The position numbers were made by a program, and so were the translations under genes. DNA of 62,431 nucleotides, filler included, from Nitrospirae bacterium CG2_30_53_67 (GTDB lineage: Bacteria; CG2-30-53-67): assembly GCA_001873285.1 (NCBI GenBank). It is 4 parts of 4 records of this genome, joined end to end, with 100 filler letters (N's around TTAATTAATTAA, not from the genome) between each part and the next. Parts side by side here need not be neighbours in the genome. Positions count along the whole stretch, not along the records: positions 25,039 to 49,654 come from MNYV01000020.1; 3 more parts are not named here. One strand, written 5' to 3'. The notes beneath the pieces were generated by a model. The model ran no database searches. It worked only from the letters and a program-made list of their open reading frames with translations, and was not told where the DNA came from. Shown piece by piece: positions 25,274-34,840 of the stretch (within the stretch, counting starts at the first letter, position 1; every line of letters starts with the position of its first letter).

Positions 25274-26197
25274 TTATTCAACAACCGCCTTATATTCCGC
25301 TATTTGTTCAAATAGAGTAAGTTGTTCAATTCTTTCGGTTTTATACTCGATTGGAATTGCTTTAAAATTCGTAATAAGGGCTTCAACCATAGGGTTGCGA
25401 TTAGTTTCTTTTCCACCCACATGATAAAAATGTTCACGAGTTAGTATGTCGTAAGAATTCCAGAGCGAATCTATATAGTCATTCTTTCTATAATCGTTAT
25501 GATGCCATGTAGACAGAATGAATGACGAGTTAGCCTTTTGCAGAGAACTGAAAAGCTCCTTTTCTTTTTCTTCTTCCCACCCATTGAAATAATCTGTATG
25601 TCTATCAATGTATGGTGGATCACAATAAATCATGTCATTTGAATTAGCCATTGCAATTGTCTTTTTAAAATCCTGGCATAAGAATTTAAAATCATTAAAC
25701 TGAAGCAAATAGTAAACATATTCAATCTGATTCACTATTTTTGTGACATACGCTTGTGCGAAACGCTCTGGTTTACGGCAAAACGGAACATTAAACCCCC
25801 CTTTGCGATTAAATCTTATCATCCCGTTAAAACATGACCGATTAAGGAAAATAAAATCTAATGGATTATGTTCATTATTAAATCTATCTCGAATTTTGTA
25901 ATAATGGTCTTCGCCCTTCTCCAATAGAATTGCTCCTTCTCTTTGGAGGTATTCTTTTGCCTTTTCTGGTGTTATGTCCTTTTTTTGTATAGCAGTATAA
26001 AAATTGATTAAATGTGGATTGGAGTCAGCCATTATAGCTTTTTTCGGACATACATTAAATGCTACAACACCAGTGCCCATGAATGGCTCTATCCAAGTAC
26101 CAGTAAAGGGTTCAGGAATAATACTGTTTATCCAAGGTACTAATTTTGTTTTTATACCCTGTGATTTTATCGGAGGAACATATATTTTTTTGTTCAT
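25274..26197 (-). CDS. Dam-family m6A methyltransferase, M.EcoRV-like (cassette gene)
   Basis: [29 protein letters not shown] and YCDPPY; AT-rich; start re-called at MNKKIY. Confidence 0.92.
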   Translation of the reverse strand: MNKKIYVPPIKSQGIKTKLVPWINSIIPEPFTGTWIEPFMGTGVVAFNVCPKKAIMADSNPHLINFYTAIQKKDITPEKAKEYLQREGAILLEKGEDHYYKIRDRFNNEHNPLDFIFLNRSCFNGMIRFNRKGGFNVPFCRKPERFAQAYVTKIVNQIEYVYYLLQFNDFKFLCQDFKKTIAMANSNDMIYCDPPYIDRHTDYFNGWEEEKEKELFSSLQKANSSFILSTWHHNDYRKNDYIDSLWNSYDILTREHFYHVGGKETNRNPMVEALITNFKAIPIEYKTERIEQLTLFEQIAEYKAVVE

Positions 26198-26207
26198 TAA
26201 GAGTCCT

Positions 26208-27035
26208 TCATTCCCCTGTACGTTTAGGGACAATTAGTTTTGTATCGCCTTTTTTATATTCAACAAACTCTTTTAGATTTGAAACTGTCACTGCTTCATT
26301 GTTTTCATTTGTCGTTTTTATTTTCTTATAGTTTATCCAATATTCATCAAACCATTTTTCTCCAAGTTTTGAGAACATACCACGACCATTTATAATATCC
26401 TCAATATGTGTAATGCTACCAATATTAGCTGTATTACCGCTCCCCCCCTTATCACTTGCAATTTTCCATTTCTCAACAACAAAAAAATTGAAATCTTTAA
26501 CGACAGAAGATATTGATTTGAGTTTTGAAATATCATAAGATTTCGTTTCATCAATCGTAACACCGTCAGCCCTGCTATATATGATACCCAAACAGAAATG
26601 ACCAGAATAGTCGCTATACGGAAACTGAATGTTCTTGGTGCTTTTACGATTTTGAAAATATTCGCCATGCGAACCCAGCGTAAATCCATTACACAAGTGG
26701 GATTTTGCAGGGTTCTTATATGTGGTTTTGAAATCAACTGCAAATTTTATTTTTTCATTCGAGGTCTTTACAAATGAAATGTCTGGATAATAATTTTGAT
26801 GTTCAGCTAATACAATTTTGTAACCATATTTAGACGCAAATTCCATAATTTTGGGAAAAAGGTGAATTTCAAGGATTTTAGACACAATTTTTGTGTCAGC
26901 AGAAATTGTATAGATGTTTTTAAATATGTCGATAAATCCCTTAACAGTCCATTGTCCATCTTTTGAACTTATGTGGGATTGAAATGTTTTTACAAATTCT
27001 TTTAATTGGTTTTCAAACATTTCTTTTTCACTCAT
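26208..27035 (-). CDS. EcoRV-family type II restriction endonuclease (cassette gene)
   Basis: [33 protein letters not shown] and [11 protein letters not shown] recognition loop match EcoRV; start re-called at MSEKE. Confidence 0.9.
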   Translation of the reverse strand: MSEKEMFENQLKEFVKTFQSHISSKDGQWTVKGFIDIFKNIYTISADTKIVSKILEIHLFPKIMEFASKYGYKIVLAEHQNYYPDISFVKTSNEKIKFAVDFKTTYKNPAKSHLCNGFTLGSHGEYFQNRKSTKNIQFPYSDYSGHFCLGIIYSRADGVTIDETKSYDISKLKSISSVVKDFNFFVVEKWKIASDKGGSGNTANIGSITHIEDIINGRGMFSKLGEKWFDEYWINYKKIKTTNENNEAVTVSNLKEFVEYKKGDTKLIVPKRTGE

Positions 27036-27095
27036 TTTTTTTCCTTTTTTTGCAAGCCCTGTGGACGGTGCGCATCCAAGACGGGCGAATTTTTT

Positions 27096-27165
27096 AATAC
27101 ACATAACTATTGTATATATAGTTTCTTGATAAAACCTATGGACTGCTCGAATGCTATATAACACA
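27096..27165 (-). other. attI: Integron attI recombination site
   Basis: Minus strand G/TTATGTGTATT (27107-27096) is the exact 12-nt complement of AATACACATAAC at the left arm of the attC; GTGTTATATAG occurs twice upstream (27154-27164, 27247-27257). Confidence 0.75.
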
Positions 27166-27272
27166 CCTTCGTACTCTTTCCCATAAGCTCATGTCTTTCA
27201 ACGACTTGAATCCTTTCCTCCAAATTTGCGGGGTGATATATGGTTTCTATATAACACCCCGCAGCTTCCGGG

Positions 27273-28250
27273 CTACAATGAGTCAGCCGGACTGCGGACT
27301 CCCTTGCCGCCCCGGTTTAGAACGTGGGTGTAGATCATTGTTGTCTTCACGTCCTTATGACCCAGAAGTTCCTGTACGGTACGGATATCATAGCCATCGG
27401 ACAGCAAATGCGTGGCAAACGAATGCCGGAATGTGTGGCAGCTCGCACGCCTGATGAGACCGGCCTCACGGACAGCCTCGGCCACCGCCTTCTGAACAAG
27501 GGACTCGTGGACGTGATGTCGTCCCTGCTGGCCGGTCCGGGGATTCAACCACCGCTTCTCCTGCGGGAATACCCACTGCCAGCGCCACTCTGCAGCGGCA
27601 TTCGGATATTTCCGATCGAGGGCATAAGGCATTTGGACGCGGCCCCACCCTTCAGAGAGGTCCTTTTCATGGATGGTCTTGTTTTTCTCCAGGCGATCCT
27701 GAAGGGGTTGTTTCGTTGATGCAGGGAGCATGGTAACCCTGTCTTTCGCGCCCTTTCCGTCACGAACTGTGATCTCGTTCCGGGCGAAATCGATATCCTG
27801 AACCCGCAGCCGCAGGCATTCCATGAGCCGCAGCCCCGCGCCGTACATCAACGAGGCCATGAGCCACTTGTCACCTGTCAGGTGGGTGAGGACGGCCTTC
27901 ACTTCATCGCGTGTCATGACCACGGGTACACGGTGAGGCCGACGCGCCCGGATGACCGCTCCCAGATCGCCGACTTCTTTGTTCAGGACGTGCCGGTAAA
28001 GAAACAACAGGGCACTGAGTGCCTGATTCTGCGTGGATGCGCTGACTTTTTCCTTGACGGCAAGATGGGTCAGGAAGGCGTTGATCTCGGGTTCGGCCAT
28101 CTCGGATGGATGGCGTTTGTTGTGAAAGTAAATGAACCGCCTGACCCACAGGCAGTAGGTCTGTTCGGTCCGGCGGCTGTAATGGCGCGAACGCAGGGCC
28201 TCGCGCATCTGGTCGAGGAGCCTGGACTTTTGGGGTTGTGGAGGCCGCAT
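27273..28250 (-). CDS. intI: Integron integrase
   Basis: Tyrosine recombinase residues ([20 protein letters not shown]...TTMIYTH) plus the IntI-specific insert [18 protein letters not shown]...RHHVHES; start uncertain (28250 or 28307). Confidence 0.95.
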   Translation of the reverse strand: MRPPQPQKSRLLDQMREALRSRHYSRRTEQTYCLWVRRFIYFHNKRHPSEMAEPEINAFLTHLAVKEKVSASTQNQALSALLFLYRHVLNKEVGDLGAVIRARRPHRVPVVMTRDEVKAVLTHLTGDKWLMASLMYGAGLRLMECLRLRVQDIDFARNEITVRDGKGAKDRVTMLPASTKQPLQDRLEKNKTIHEKDLSEGWGRVQMPYALDRKYPNAAAEWRWQWVFPQEKRWLNPRTGQQGRHHVHESLVQKAVAEAVREAGLIRRASCHTFRHSFATHLLSDGYDIRTVQELLGHKDVKTTMIYTHVLNRGGKGVRSPADSL

Positions 28251-28336
28251 GGTATCAACTTTAAAGGTTATGGGGCAAGAGCTCGGCAGGCAATTAAGTT
28301 TAGGCATGGTTTGCACCCTGGTTTTAATGATTTGGC

Positions 28337-28366
28337 AGTATATCTTCAGGGAATTACGCCTGTCAA
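28337..28366 (-). promoter_or_regulatory. Sigma70-type promoter for intI
   Basis: TTGACA-N18-TATACT on the minus strand. Confidence 0.55.
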
Positions 28367-28466
28367 GAATAATTATAACCGGAAAGGGGATGATAAAGAA
28401 GTACACTATGCATGGATAGACCGACCGTGAACTGGATTGAGAAGCATCGAACCAAGAGGCATTTGA

Positions 28467-28494
28467 TTGACAATAGGTATAGTTTAGGTATAAT
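28467..28494 (+). promoter_or_regulatory. Consensus sigma70 promoter of brnT, probably leaderless
   Basis: TTGACA-N16-TATAAT; ATG starts 8 nt after the -10 box with no RBS. Confidence 0.75.
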
Positions 28495-28502
28495 TATTAT
28501 AT

Positions 28503-28772
28503 ATGGAGTTTGAATTCGACGCCAGGAAAGGCGAGGCCAACAAGATAAAACATGGGATTGACTTCTACGAAGCCCAGGTTCTGTGGGATGACCCGGATTT
28601 GATTGAGATCCCCGTAAGAACCAGTGATGAACCAAGATTACTTGTAATCGGAAAGATTGGGGGGAAGCATTGGTCAGGGGTTATTACCTATCGGGGCAAT
28701 AGGACAAGGATTATTTCGGTACGACGTTCGAGGAAAGAGGAGGTTGATATCTATGAAAGCAAAAGAGTTTGA
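28503..28772 (+). CDS. BrnT-family toxin
   Basis: MEFEFDARK...NKIKHGIDF...RIISVRRSR. Confidence 0.9.
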   Translation: MEFEFDARKGEANKIKHGIDFYEAQVLWDDPDLIEIPVRTSDEPRLLVIGKIGGKHWSGVITYRGNRTRIISVRRSRKEEVDIYESKRV

Positions 28773-28977
28773 TGAAAAATTTGATAAAGGCGAGGATATT
28801 TCGAAACATCTGGATGTGTCAAAGGCAAGAAGGCCTGAGCACGAGCAGAAACGGGTGAATGTTGATTTCCCTTTGTGGATGATCCAGTTGTTGGACAGAG
28901 AAGCAAAACGTTTGGGTGTGCCTCGGCAATCCATTATCAAGCTCTGGGTCGCAGAGCGTCTTGAAAAGGTGACTTGA
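28753..28977 (+). CDS. BrnA/CopG-type antitoxin
   Basis: MKAKEFDEKFDKGEDI...RVNVDFP...RQSIIKLW ribbon-helix-helix; overlaps the toxin end. Confidence 0.88.
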   Translation: MKAKEFDEKFDKGEDISKHLDVSKARRPEHEQKRVNVDFPLWMIQLLDREAKRLGVPRQSIIKLWVAERLEKVT

Positions 28978-29026
28978 AAGGATCCGCTACACAACTACTT
29001 GACGTTATGACGCTACACTTGAAAAC

Positions 29027-29164
29027 ATGAAAACAATTACCAAGAGAGCAACCATATACCTCGATTCCCAGATCCATAGAGCTCTGCTACTCAAAGAAAT
29101 AGAGGCGATTCAGAAGAAAGATCGTCTGCGCATCATGGAAGAGAAAAACCCATTCAGAATATAG
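29027..29164 (+). pseudogene. Deleted TA remnant (CopG-like N-terminus joined to a RelE-like fragment)
   Basis: MKTITKRATIYLDSQIHRAL resembles RHH antitoxin starts; EAIQKKDRLRI resembles a RelE helix; only 45 aa. Confidence 0.45.
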
Positions 29165-29179
29165 TGAGAACAACTCGAC

Positions 29180-30475
29180 TCAGGGGGTGCGGGGACGCCC
29201 GAGGTATTCATTCATCCCTTTGATGGCGCAGAATTCCCCGCACATGGAGCAGACCTCCTGGTCTTGCGGAGGCGACGACTGCCGAAGGGACCGTGCCCAC
29301 TCCGGGTCCAAAGAGAGCCGGATCTGTTCCTCCCAGTTGAGCGCCCGCCTGGCCTTGGCCATGCTCACGTCCCGGTCCATGGCGCCCGGGATCCCTTTGG
29401 CAATGTCCGCGGCATGGGCCGCGATTTTCGACGCGATGACACCCTGTCTCACGTCCTCGACCGTCGGGAGCCTCAGGTGCTCGGACGGGGTCACATAGCA
29501 GAGGAAGTCTGCGCCTGCGGCTGCGGCCAATGCCCCTCCGATGGCCGAGGTGATGTGGTCATAGCCCGGCGCGATATCCGTGACCAGGGGCCCGAGCACG
29601 TAAAACGGCGCGCCGTGACACAGGGATTTCTGCATCTCCACGTTGGCCTTGATCTGATGGATGGGCACATGCCCCGGCCCTTCGATCATAACCTGGACTT
29701 CGGCCTCCCGGGCCCGGCGGGTCAGCTCGCCCAGGGTGATCAGCTCCTGGATCTGAGCTCGGTCCGTGGCATCGGCCAGGCAGCCGGGCCGCATGCCGTC
29801 TCCGAGACTGAGACAGAGGTCATAGCGCCGGGCAAGATCGAGCAGGCGGTCGAAGTCCTCGTACAGCGGGTTCTCCCTCTCATGATGAATCATCCACTCC
29901 ACAAGAAAGGAACCCCCTCGGCTCACCACATTGAGAAGGCGGCCCTGATGCTTCAGGGCTTCCAGCGCGGAAAGGGTGACTCCGCAGTGGACGGTGACGA
30001 AGTCCACGCCTTCGGAGGCCTGCCGCTCGATCACGTTAAAGAGATCGTCGGCGTTCATCTGCACGATCCCCTTCTTCTGCTCCGCGGCCAGAAGGGCGGC
30101 TTCATAGATCGGTACGGTCCCGACCGGAACAGGAAACTCCGAAAGGATCCGGCCGCGGATGGCCGGAAGGTCGCCGCCTGTGCTCAGGTCCATGAGGGTG
30201 TCGGCCCCGGCCTCCACGGCCGTGCGCGCCTTTGCCATCTCTTCGTCCGCCTGCGCGTGGTCTTTTGAAGTCCCGATGTTGGCGTTGATCTTGGTGCGAA
30301 GCCCTTGCCCGATCCCGATGGGCACGCCGTTCTTCCGTGCCCGGCTCTTCACGATCACGATCCTTCCGTCCGACACGGCTTGGGCGATCTGTTCGGAGGC
30401 GATCCCCTCGTTCTCGGCCACCTGGTTTACCTCAGGTGTGATCTCTCCCCTGCGTGAGGCGCTGATCTGGTTCAT
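29180..30475 (-). CDS. thiC: Phosphomethylpyrimidine synthase
   Basis: [37 protein letters not shown] and C-terminal CSMCGEFC. Confidence 0.96.
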   Translation of the reverse strand: MNQISASRRGEITPEVNQVAENEGIASEQIAQAVSDGRIVIVKSRARKNGVPIGIGQGLRTKINANIGTSKDHAQADEEMAKARTAVEAGADTLMDLSTGGDLPAIRGRILSEFPVPVGTVPIYEAALLAAEQKKGIVQMNADDLFNVIERQASEGVDFVTVHCGVTLSALEALKHQGRLLNVVSRGGSFLVEWMIHHERENPLYEDFDRLLDLARRYDLCLSLGDGMRPGCLADATDRAQIQELITLGELTRRAREAEVQVMIEGPGHVPIHQIKANVEMQKSLCHGAPFYVLGPLVTDIAPGYDHITSAIGGALAAAAGADFLCYVTPSEHLRLPTVEDVRQGVIASKIAAHAADIAKGIPGAMDRDVSMAKARRALNWEEQIRLSLDPEWARSLRQSSPPQDQEVCSMCGEFCAIKGMNEYLGRPRTP

Positions 30476-30476
30476 G

Positions 30477-31109
30477 TCATGTCCTTTCATTGATGAGAGA
30501 GATAAACTCCCTGGCCGCCTTCCTTACATCCGTTGCGGTTAGGATGCCGGAGATCAGGGCGATCCCGTGGGCTCCGGCATCGAGAACCGCGTGCGTATTT
30601 TCCTTGTTGATCCCTCCGACGGCGAAGACCGGGATACGGATCTTTCGAGTCACCTCGGAGAGGCGGTCGAGGCCCACCGGCGGGCCGTACGCCCTCTTGG
30701 ACGGGGTTTCGAACACGGGTCCGAATGTGATGAAGTCGGCCCCGTCTTCCTGGGCTCGTGCCGCCTCCTCCAGAGAATGCGTGGATACCCCGATGTATTT
30801 GGAATCGCCTATGATCTTTCGGGCCTCGGCCGCTGAATAACCGCTCTGCGTGAGATGAACGCCGTCCGCCTCCACGGCCGCGGCCAGATCGGCGCGGTCG
30901 TTGATGAAGAGCCTCGCCCCGAACTCCCGTGTGAGCTTGCGCAATTCCAGTCCTGTCTCAAAGATCCTGCGGTCGCTCCAATCCTTCTCCCTGAGCTGTA
31001 TGGCCTGCACCCCCCCCTCAAGCGCCTCCCGAAGCTCGGGAAGCAGGGCCTCATCCTTGACCTGGCGCCGGTCCGTGATCAGGCAGAGCTCAAAATCTAT
31101 TGGTTTCAT
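30477..31109 (-). CDS. thiE: Thiamine-phosphate synthase
   Basis: [29 protein letters not shown] and AVGGI. Confidence 0.94.
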   Translation of the reverse strand: MKPIDFELCLITDRRQVKDEALLPELREALEGGVQAIQLREKDWSDRRIFETGLELRKLTREFGARLFINDRADLAAAVEADGVHLTQSGYSAAEARKIIGDSKYIGVSTHSLEEAARAQEDGADFITFGPVFETPSKRAYGPPVGLDRLSEVTRKIRIPVFAVGGINKENTHAVLDAGAHGIALISGILTATDVRKAAREFISLINERT

Positions 31110-31882
31110 GATTGAATCAGCCCTTCCACCGGGCTGCTCGCCGAGGCGTAGAGTTTCTTGGGGATTCGGCCGGCCTTAAAGGCCAGCCGCCCGGCCTGAA
31201 CGGCGTGGTTCATGGCGCGGGCCATCATCACCGGATCTTTGGCCCCGGCAATCCCCGTGTTCATGAGCACGGCGTCGGCGCCCAGTTCCATGGCGATCGC
31301 GGCATCGGATGCGGTTCCCACACCTGCATCCACCACCACCGGCAAAGAGACCGTTTCTATGATAATCCGGATGTTGTAAGGATTGCAGATCCCGAGGCCC
31401 GATCCGATGGGCGCGCCCAGGGGCATGACCGCCGCGGCCCCCGCCTCCTCAAGTTTCTTGGCCATGATGGGATCGTCATTGGTGTACGGAAGCACGATGA
31501 ATCCCTCTTTGACGAGCACGCGGGTCGCCTCGAGCAGGGCCTCATTGTCCGGGAACAGGGTCTTGGGATCTCCGATCACTTCCAGCTTGACCATGTCCGA
31601 GATCCCCGCGGCACGGGCCAGACGGGCCGTGCGTACGGCTTCATCGGCCGTGAAGCACCCGGCCGTATTCGGAAGGATCTTGTATTTTTTCGGATCAATG
31701 TATTCGAACAGGTTCTCCTTGGACGGATCCGTGATGTTGACCCGCCGGACCGCGACCGTAACCACGTCCGCGCCCGAGGCCTCCACGGCGAGCCGGGTCT
31801 CTTCAAAGTCCTTGTATTTGCCGGTCCCGATCCAGAGCCTGGATTTGAATTCGATCCCCTCAATAACCAACTTGTCTTCCAT
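31106..31882 (-). CDS. thiG: Thiazole synthase
   Basis: [37 protein letters not shown] and ASASSP. Confidence 0.97.
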   Translation of the reverse strand: MEDKLVIEGIEFKSRLWIGTGKYKDFEETRLAVEASGADVVTVAVRRVNITDPSKENLFEYIDPKKYKILPNTAGCFTADEAVRTARLARAAGISDMVKLEVIGDPKTLFPDNEALLEATRVLVKEGFIVLPYTNDDPIMAKKLEEAGAAAVMPLGAPIGSGLGICNPYNIRIIIETVSLPVVVDAGVGTASDAAIAMELGADAVLMNTGIAGAKDPVMMARAMNHAVQAGRLAFKAGRIPKKLYASASSPVEGLIQS

Positions 31883-31973
31883 GATTTCTCCCTTCTTTGA
31901 TCACTGATCCTCTCTACTTTTGCTGTCTTCCGTTCTTGCTGTCGTCCGTCCTCTGTCCTTCCGCCCGCCGCTC

Positions 31974-32180
31974 CTATCCTCCCCCCACAAAGCTTACAAT
32001 CTCAATCCGGTCCCCTTCATGGAGGGGCGTCTTATCATAGGCCTCGGGCGGAACGATCTCACGGTTTCTCTCCACGGCCGCACGGGCGCAGGAGATCCCG
32101 ATCTCTTCGATCAATACAGAGAGTAAGATCCCATCGGCAACGTCTTTTTCTTCACCATTGACAAGAATTTTCATCTCCAC
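31974..32180 (-). CDS. thiS: Sulfur carrier protein
   Basis: Ubiquitin-like, 68 aa, ends IEIVSFVGGG. Confidence 0.95.
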   Translation of the reverse strand: MEMKILVNGEEKDVADGILLSVLIEEIGISCARAAVERNREIVPPEAYDKTPLHEGDRIEIVSFVGGG

Positions 32181-33492
32181 CTTTCTGTTTTATTTCAAAT
32201 TTCAAATTTGAAATTTCAAATTGTTTCTGCGTGGCGCTGCCGGCATGTTCTCTCAGATATTCCGTGAGAGACGAAAGTGCATGGGTGAGGCAGAAATCCC
32301 TGATCTCCCCTTTTCCCGCCTTGGTACGAAACCGCTCTCCGGTCCGGCCGGCCCGGTAACAGGCGGTGCAGAGACTGGGGAGCAGGCCGGCCCCGAGGAC
32401 CGAACGGACTACCTCTTCCAGGGATCTTGTGTCGTTCAAAGAGAATTGGGATGTGCCCCCGCCCTGGTCCGGGTGGGTATACCCTCCGATGTCGGTGCGG
32501 GAGCCGGCGCTGATCTGCGATGCGCCCAGATGGATGACCTGATCTCGAAGGTCCGCGCTCTCTCGCGTGGAGACCACCACTCCGGCATAGGGGACCGCGA
32601 TACGATAGACGGCCACGATCTTCCTGAAGTCCCGGTCCGAAACCGGGAAGGGCGCTTGGATAAGGGCCGCTCCTTCTGCGGGCATCAGCCGGGGAACCGC
32701 AATGGTGTGCGGGCCTGCGCCGTAATGCTCTTCCAGATACCGGGCGTGAGCGATCAGGGAGAGGACCTCAAACCGGTAATCGTACAAGCCGAGAAGGGCG
32801 CCCATGCCTACATCCTCAAATCCCCCTTCCATGGCCCGGTCCATGGCCGAGAGTCTTTTATGATAGTCATGTTTTAAACCGGAAGGGTGCATCCTCTCAT
32901 AGGTCTTTCGGTGATAGGTCTCCTGGAAGCACTGATAGACCCCGGCGCCCGAGGCCTTGAGCCTTGAAAAATCCTCTACGGTCATGGGCGCGGCATTGAC
33001 GTGAACGATGCGGATGCCGGTCTCCCTGTAGACGGCTTCCACGGCCGCAGTCAGGTATTCCACGGATGAAGCGGATGGGTCCTCGCCTGCCACCAGCAGG
33101 AGACGGCGGTGCCCCTTGCCGTAGAGGAAAGCGGCCTGCTGCGCGATCTCCGGGATGGAGAGGGTCCTGCGGTCCGCCTGTTGATTGTCCCGGCGGAAAC
33201 CGCAATACAAACAGTTGTTGATGCACCGATTGGAGACGTACAAGGGGGCAAAGAGGCCGATCCGTTTTCCGAAGGCCTTTTCCTTGATCTCTCTTGCCGT
33301 GCTGTAAATCATATCCAGGCATGGTTCCCCGCTCACATTCAGAAGGGCCGCAGCCTCATCCAGTCCAAGGCCCTCCCCTCTTGCGGCCCGGTCCAGGATG
33401 TTCCTTATCCCATCGGCTTCCACCGGACCGGTCTGCATCAGGGAGTGGATGTATTCGTCATCGATTACGAGGTCATGAACCCTCTCCGCCAT
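32152..33492 (-). CDS. Radical SAM tyrosine lyase with HydG-type sequence in the ThiH position
   Basis: FAPLYVSNRCINNCLYCGF; FQETY; GPHTIAVPR; SAGSRT; C-terminal CTAC-x22-C. Confidence 0.88.
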   Translation of the reverse strand: MAERVHDLVIDDEYIHSLMQTGPVEADGIRNILDRAARGEGLGLDEAAALLNVSGEPCLDMIYSTAREIKEKAFGKRIGLFAPLYVSNRCINNCLYCGFRRDNQQADRRTLSIPEIAQQAAFLYGKGHRRLLLVAGEDPSASSVEYLTAAVEAVYRETGIRIVHVNAAPMTVEDFSRLKASGAGVYQCFQETYHRKTYERMHPSGLKHDYHKRLSAMDRAMEGGFEDVGMGALLGLYDYRFEVLSLIAHARYLEEHYGAGPHTIAVPRLMPAEGAALIQAPFPVSDRDFRKIVAVYRIAVPYAGVVVSTRESADLRDQVIHLGASQISAGSRTDIGGYTHPDQGGGTSQFSLNDTRSLEEVVRSVLGAGLLPSLCTACYRAGRTGERFRTKAGKGEIRDFCLTHALSSLTEYLREHAGSATQKQFEISNLKFEIKQKGGDENSCQW

Positions 33493-33494
33493 CT

Positions 33495-34304
33495 TTATTT
33501 TTCACCTTCCTCTCCCAGCAGAATACGAAGGACCAGGCTGGCCTGGTGGTGCGCGGCCACGCCCACCCGGGGGGACATCAGTCCCACACCAGGCCCGGCG
33601 GCCGTTGCCCCGTCGCCGACCATGAAGCATCTGCCGGAAAAACGTGTAATCCGAATCTCTTCAGAAGGTCCGTAGCCGGCCAGGCCCGATACCCCCACCA
33701 CGAAGCTCTCCGGAAGTTTTGAAAGAACCGTGTTACAGAGCATGGCCTTGGCCTCCGGGGTGTCGAAGGCCTCCACCACCACCCGGGCGCGCTTCATGAT
33801 GCCGGGGAGGTTCTCGGGGCTCAGGCGCACCTCATACCCTGTGATACGGATATAAGGGTTGATTCTTTTCAGGTTCCGGATCGTCGCCTCCACCTTGCTC
33901 ATGCCGATCTGGTCCGTAAAATACTGCTGCCGGTTCAGATTGGACGGCTCCACCACGTCATAGTCCGTGAGAATCAACTCTCCTATTCCAAGCCGTGCCA
34001 GCGCCACGGCCACTGTGGAGCCGAGCCCGCCGAGTCCTGCGATACCCACCACACCCTTTTTTACTTTTTCGTGAACCCCGGGGGTATGACGGGCCGTGAC
34101 CAGGGTTTGAAACTCCTCTGCAGAAGGGGTTTCCCCCCGCCGGATCAGGACGATCCTGTCTCCTGGGCTGAGTCTACAGTTTTCCCGCACCGGAAATCCG
34201 TTGACGATCAACAGATCGGCATCCGGCTTGAATGCCTTGTGAATGTCAAATAGGGTCCACGACTCCAAAACGTCATGATAGCTTTCGTTAACCTTGATCT
34301 TCAT
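33495..34304 (-). CDS. thiF: ThiS adenylyltransferase with N-terminal ubiquitin-like domain
   Basis: GLGGLGS, DYDVVEPSNLNRQ and EAFD; N-terminal ThiS-like domain. Confidence 0.92.
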   Translation of the reverse strand: MKIKVNESYHDVLESWTLFDIHKAFKPDADLLIVNGFPVRENCRLSPGDRIVLIRRGETPSAEEFQTLVTARHTPGVHEKVKKGVVGIAGLGGLGSTVAVALARLGIGELILTDYDVVEPSNLNRQQYFTDQIGMSKVEATIRNLKRINPYIRITGYEVRLSPENLPGIMKRARVVVEAFDTPEAKAMLCNTVLSKLPESFVVGVSGLAGYGPSEEIRITRFSGRCFMVGDGATAAGPGVGLMSPRVGVAAHHQASLVLRILLGEEGEK

Positions 34305-34426
34305 CTGATTTTTCTTTAAACCAGAATCCGAGGGCTGTAAACTGAATGATTGGGAGATCCGGATACGAAAGGATTATCCGGTGATTTGGAAGGATAGGCA
34401 TCCCCGGCCGGTGCAAACCATCATCC

Positions 34427-34519
34427 AAACCGCTTCCCTACGCTGGCATTACCCAGATCAGGTTCAAGGGGTTGCCCGTGTTTTACAGGCTCTCAGTTGT
34501 TACAACTCCCCCAGGGTTT
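34427..34519 (-). ncRNA. TPP riboswitch
   Basis: Minus strand GGGGGAG...CTGAGA...CCCTTGAACCTGATCTGGGTAATGCCAGCGTAGGGAAG in the leader of the thi operon. Confidence 0.95.
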
Positions 34520-34531
34520 ACTGGAGATTAG

Positions 34532-34560
34532 ACATTAGCAGAACCGGCTCAGCATGTCAA
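34532..34560 (-). promoter_or_regulatory. Sigma70 promoter of the thi operon
   Basis: TTGACA-N17-TAATGT with TGn extension, just upstream of the riboswitch. Confidence 0.65.
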
Positions 34561-34840
34561 ACGCTTTTCTCTCGGCGGGTTTGTAAAAGCTGTCGAGGGT
34601 CTTCAAAAGGCCTTTTTTCTGCAGGATGTTATGGCATCCGTCTCCCCATGGGACAAGAAGGCGGCATCCGCCCGGATTTGCAATTGACTCTACAGGCGAT
34701 ATATGTTTAAAATGGTTGATGATCAAGGAGTTATCCATCTGATTTTGATCCATCTATCTCTATCTTGGACCCAGTCTGAATACATCCAGGGCGGTTTCCC
34801 TGAAAGGTGAGGGGTGAAAAGTGTTTAAAAAGACCGGGCA

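Noticed and set aside
28985..29012. ACACAAC...GTTATGA as an attC site after brnA
   Set aside because: Only 8 nt between the cores, with no L boxes or stem
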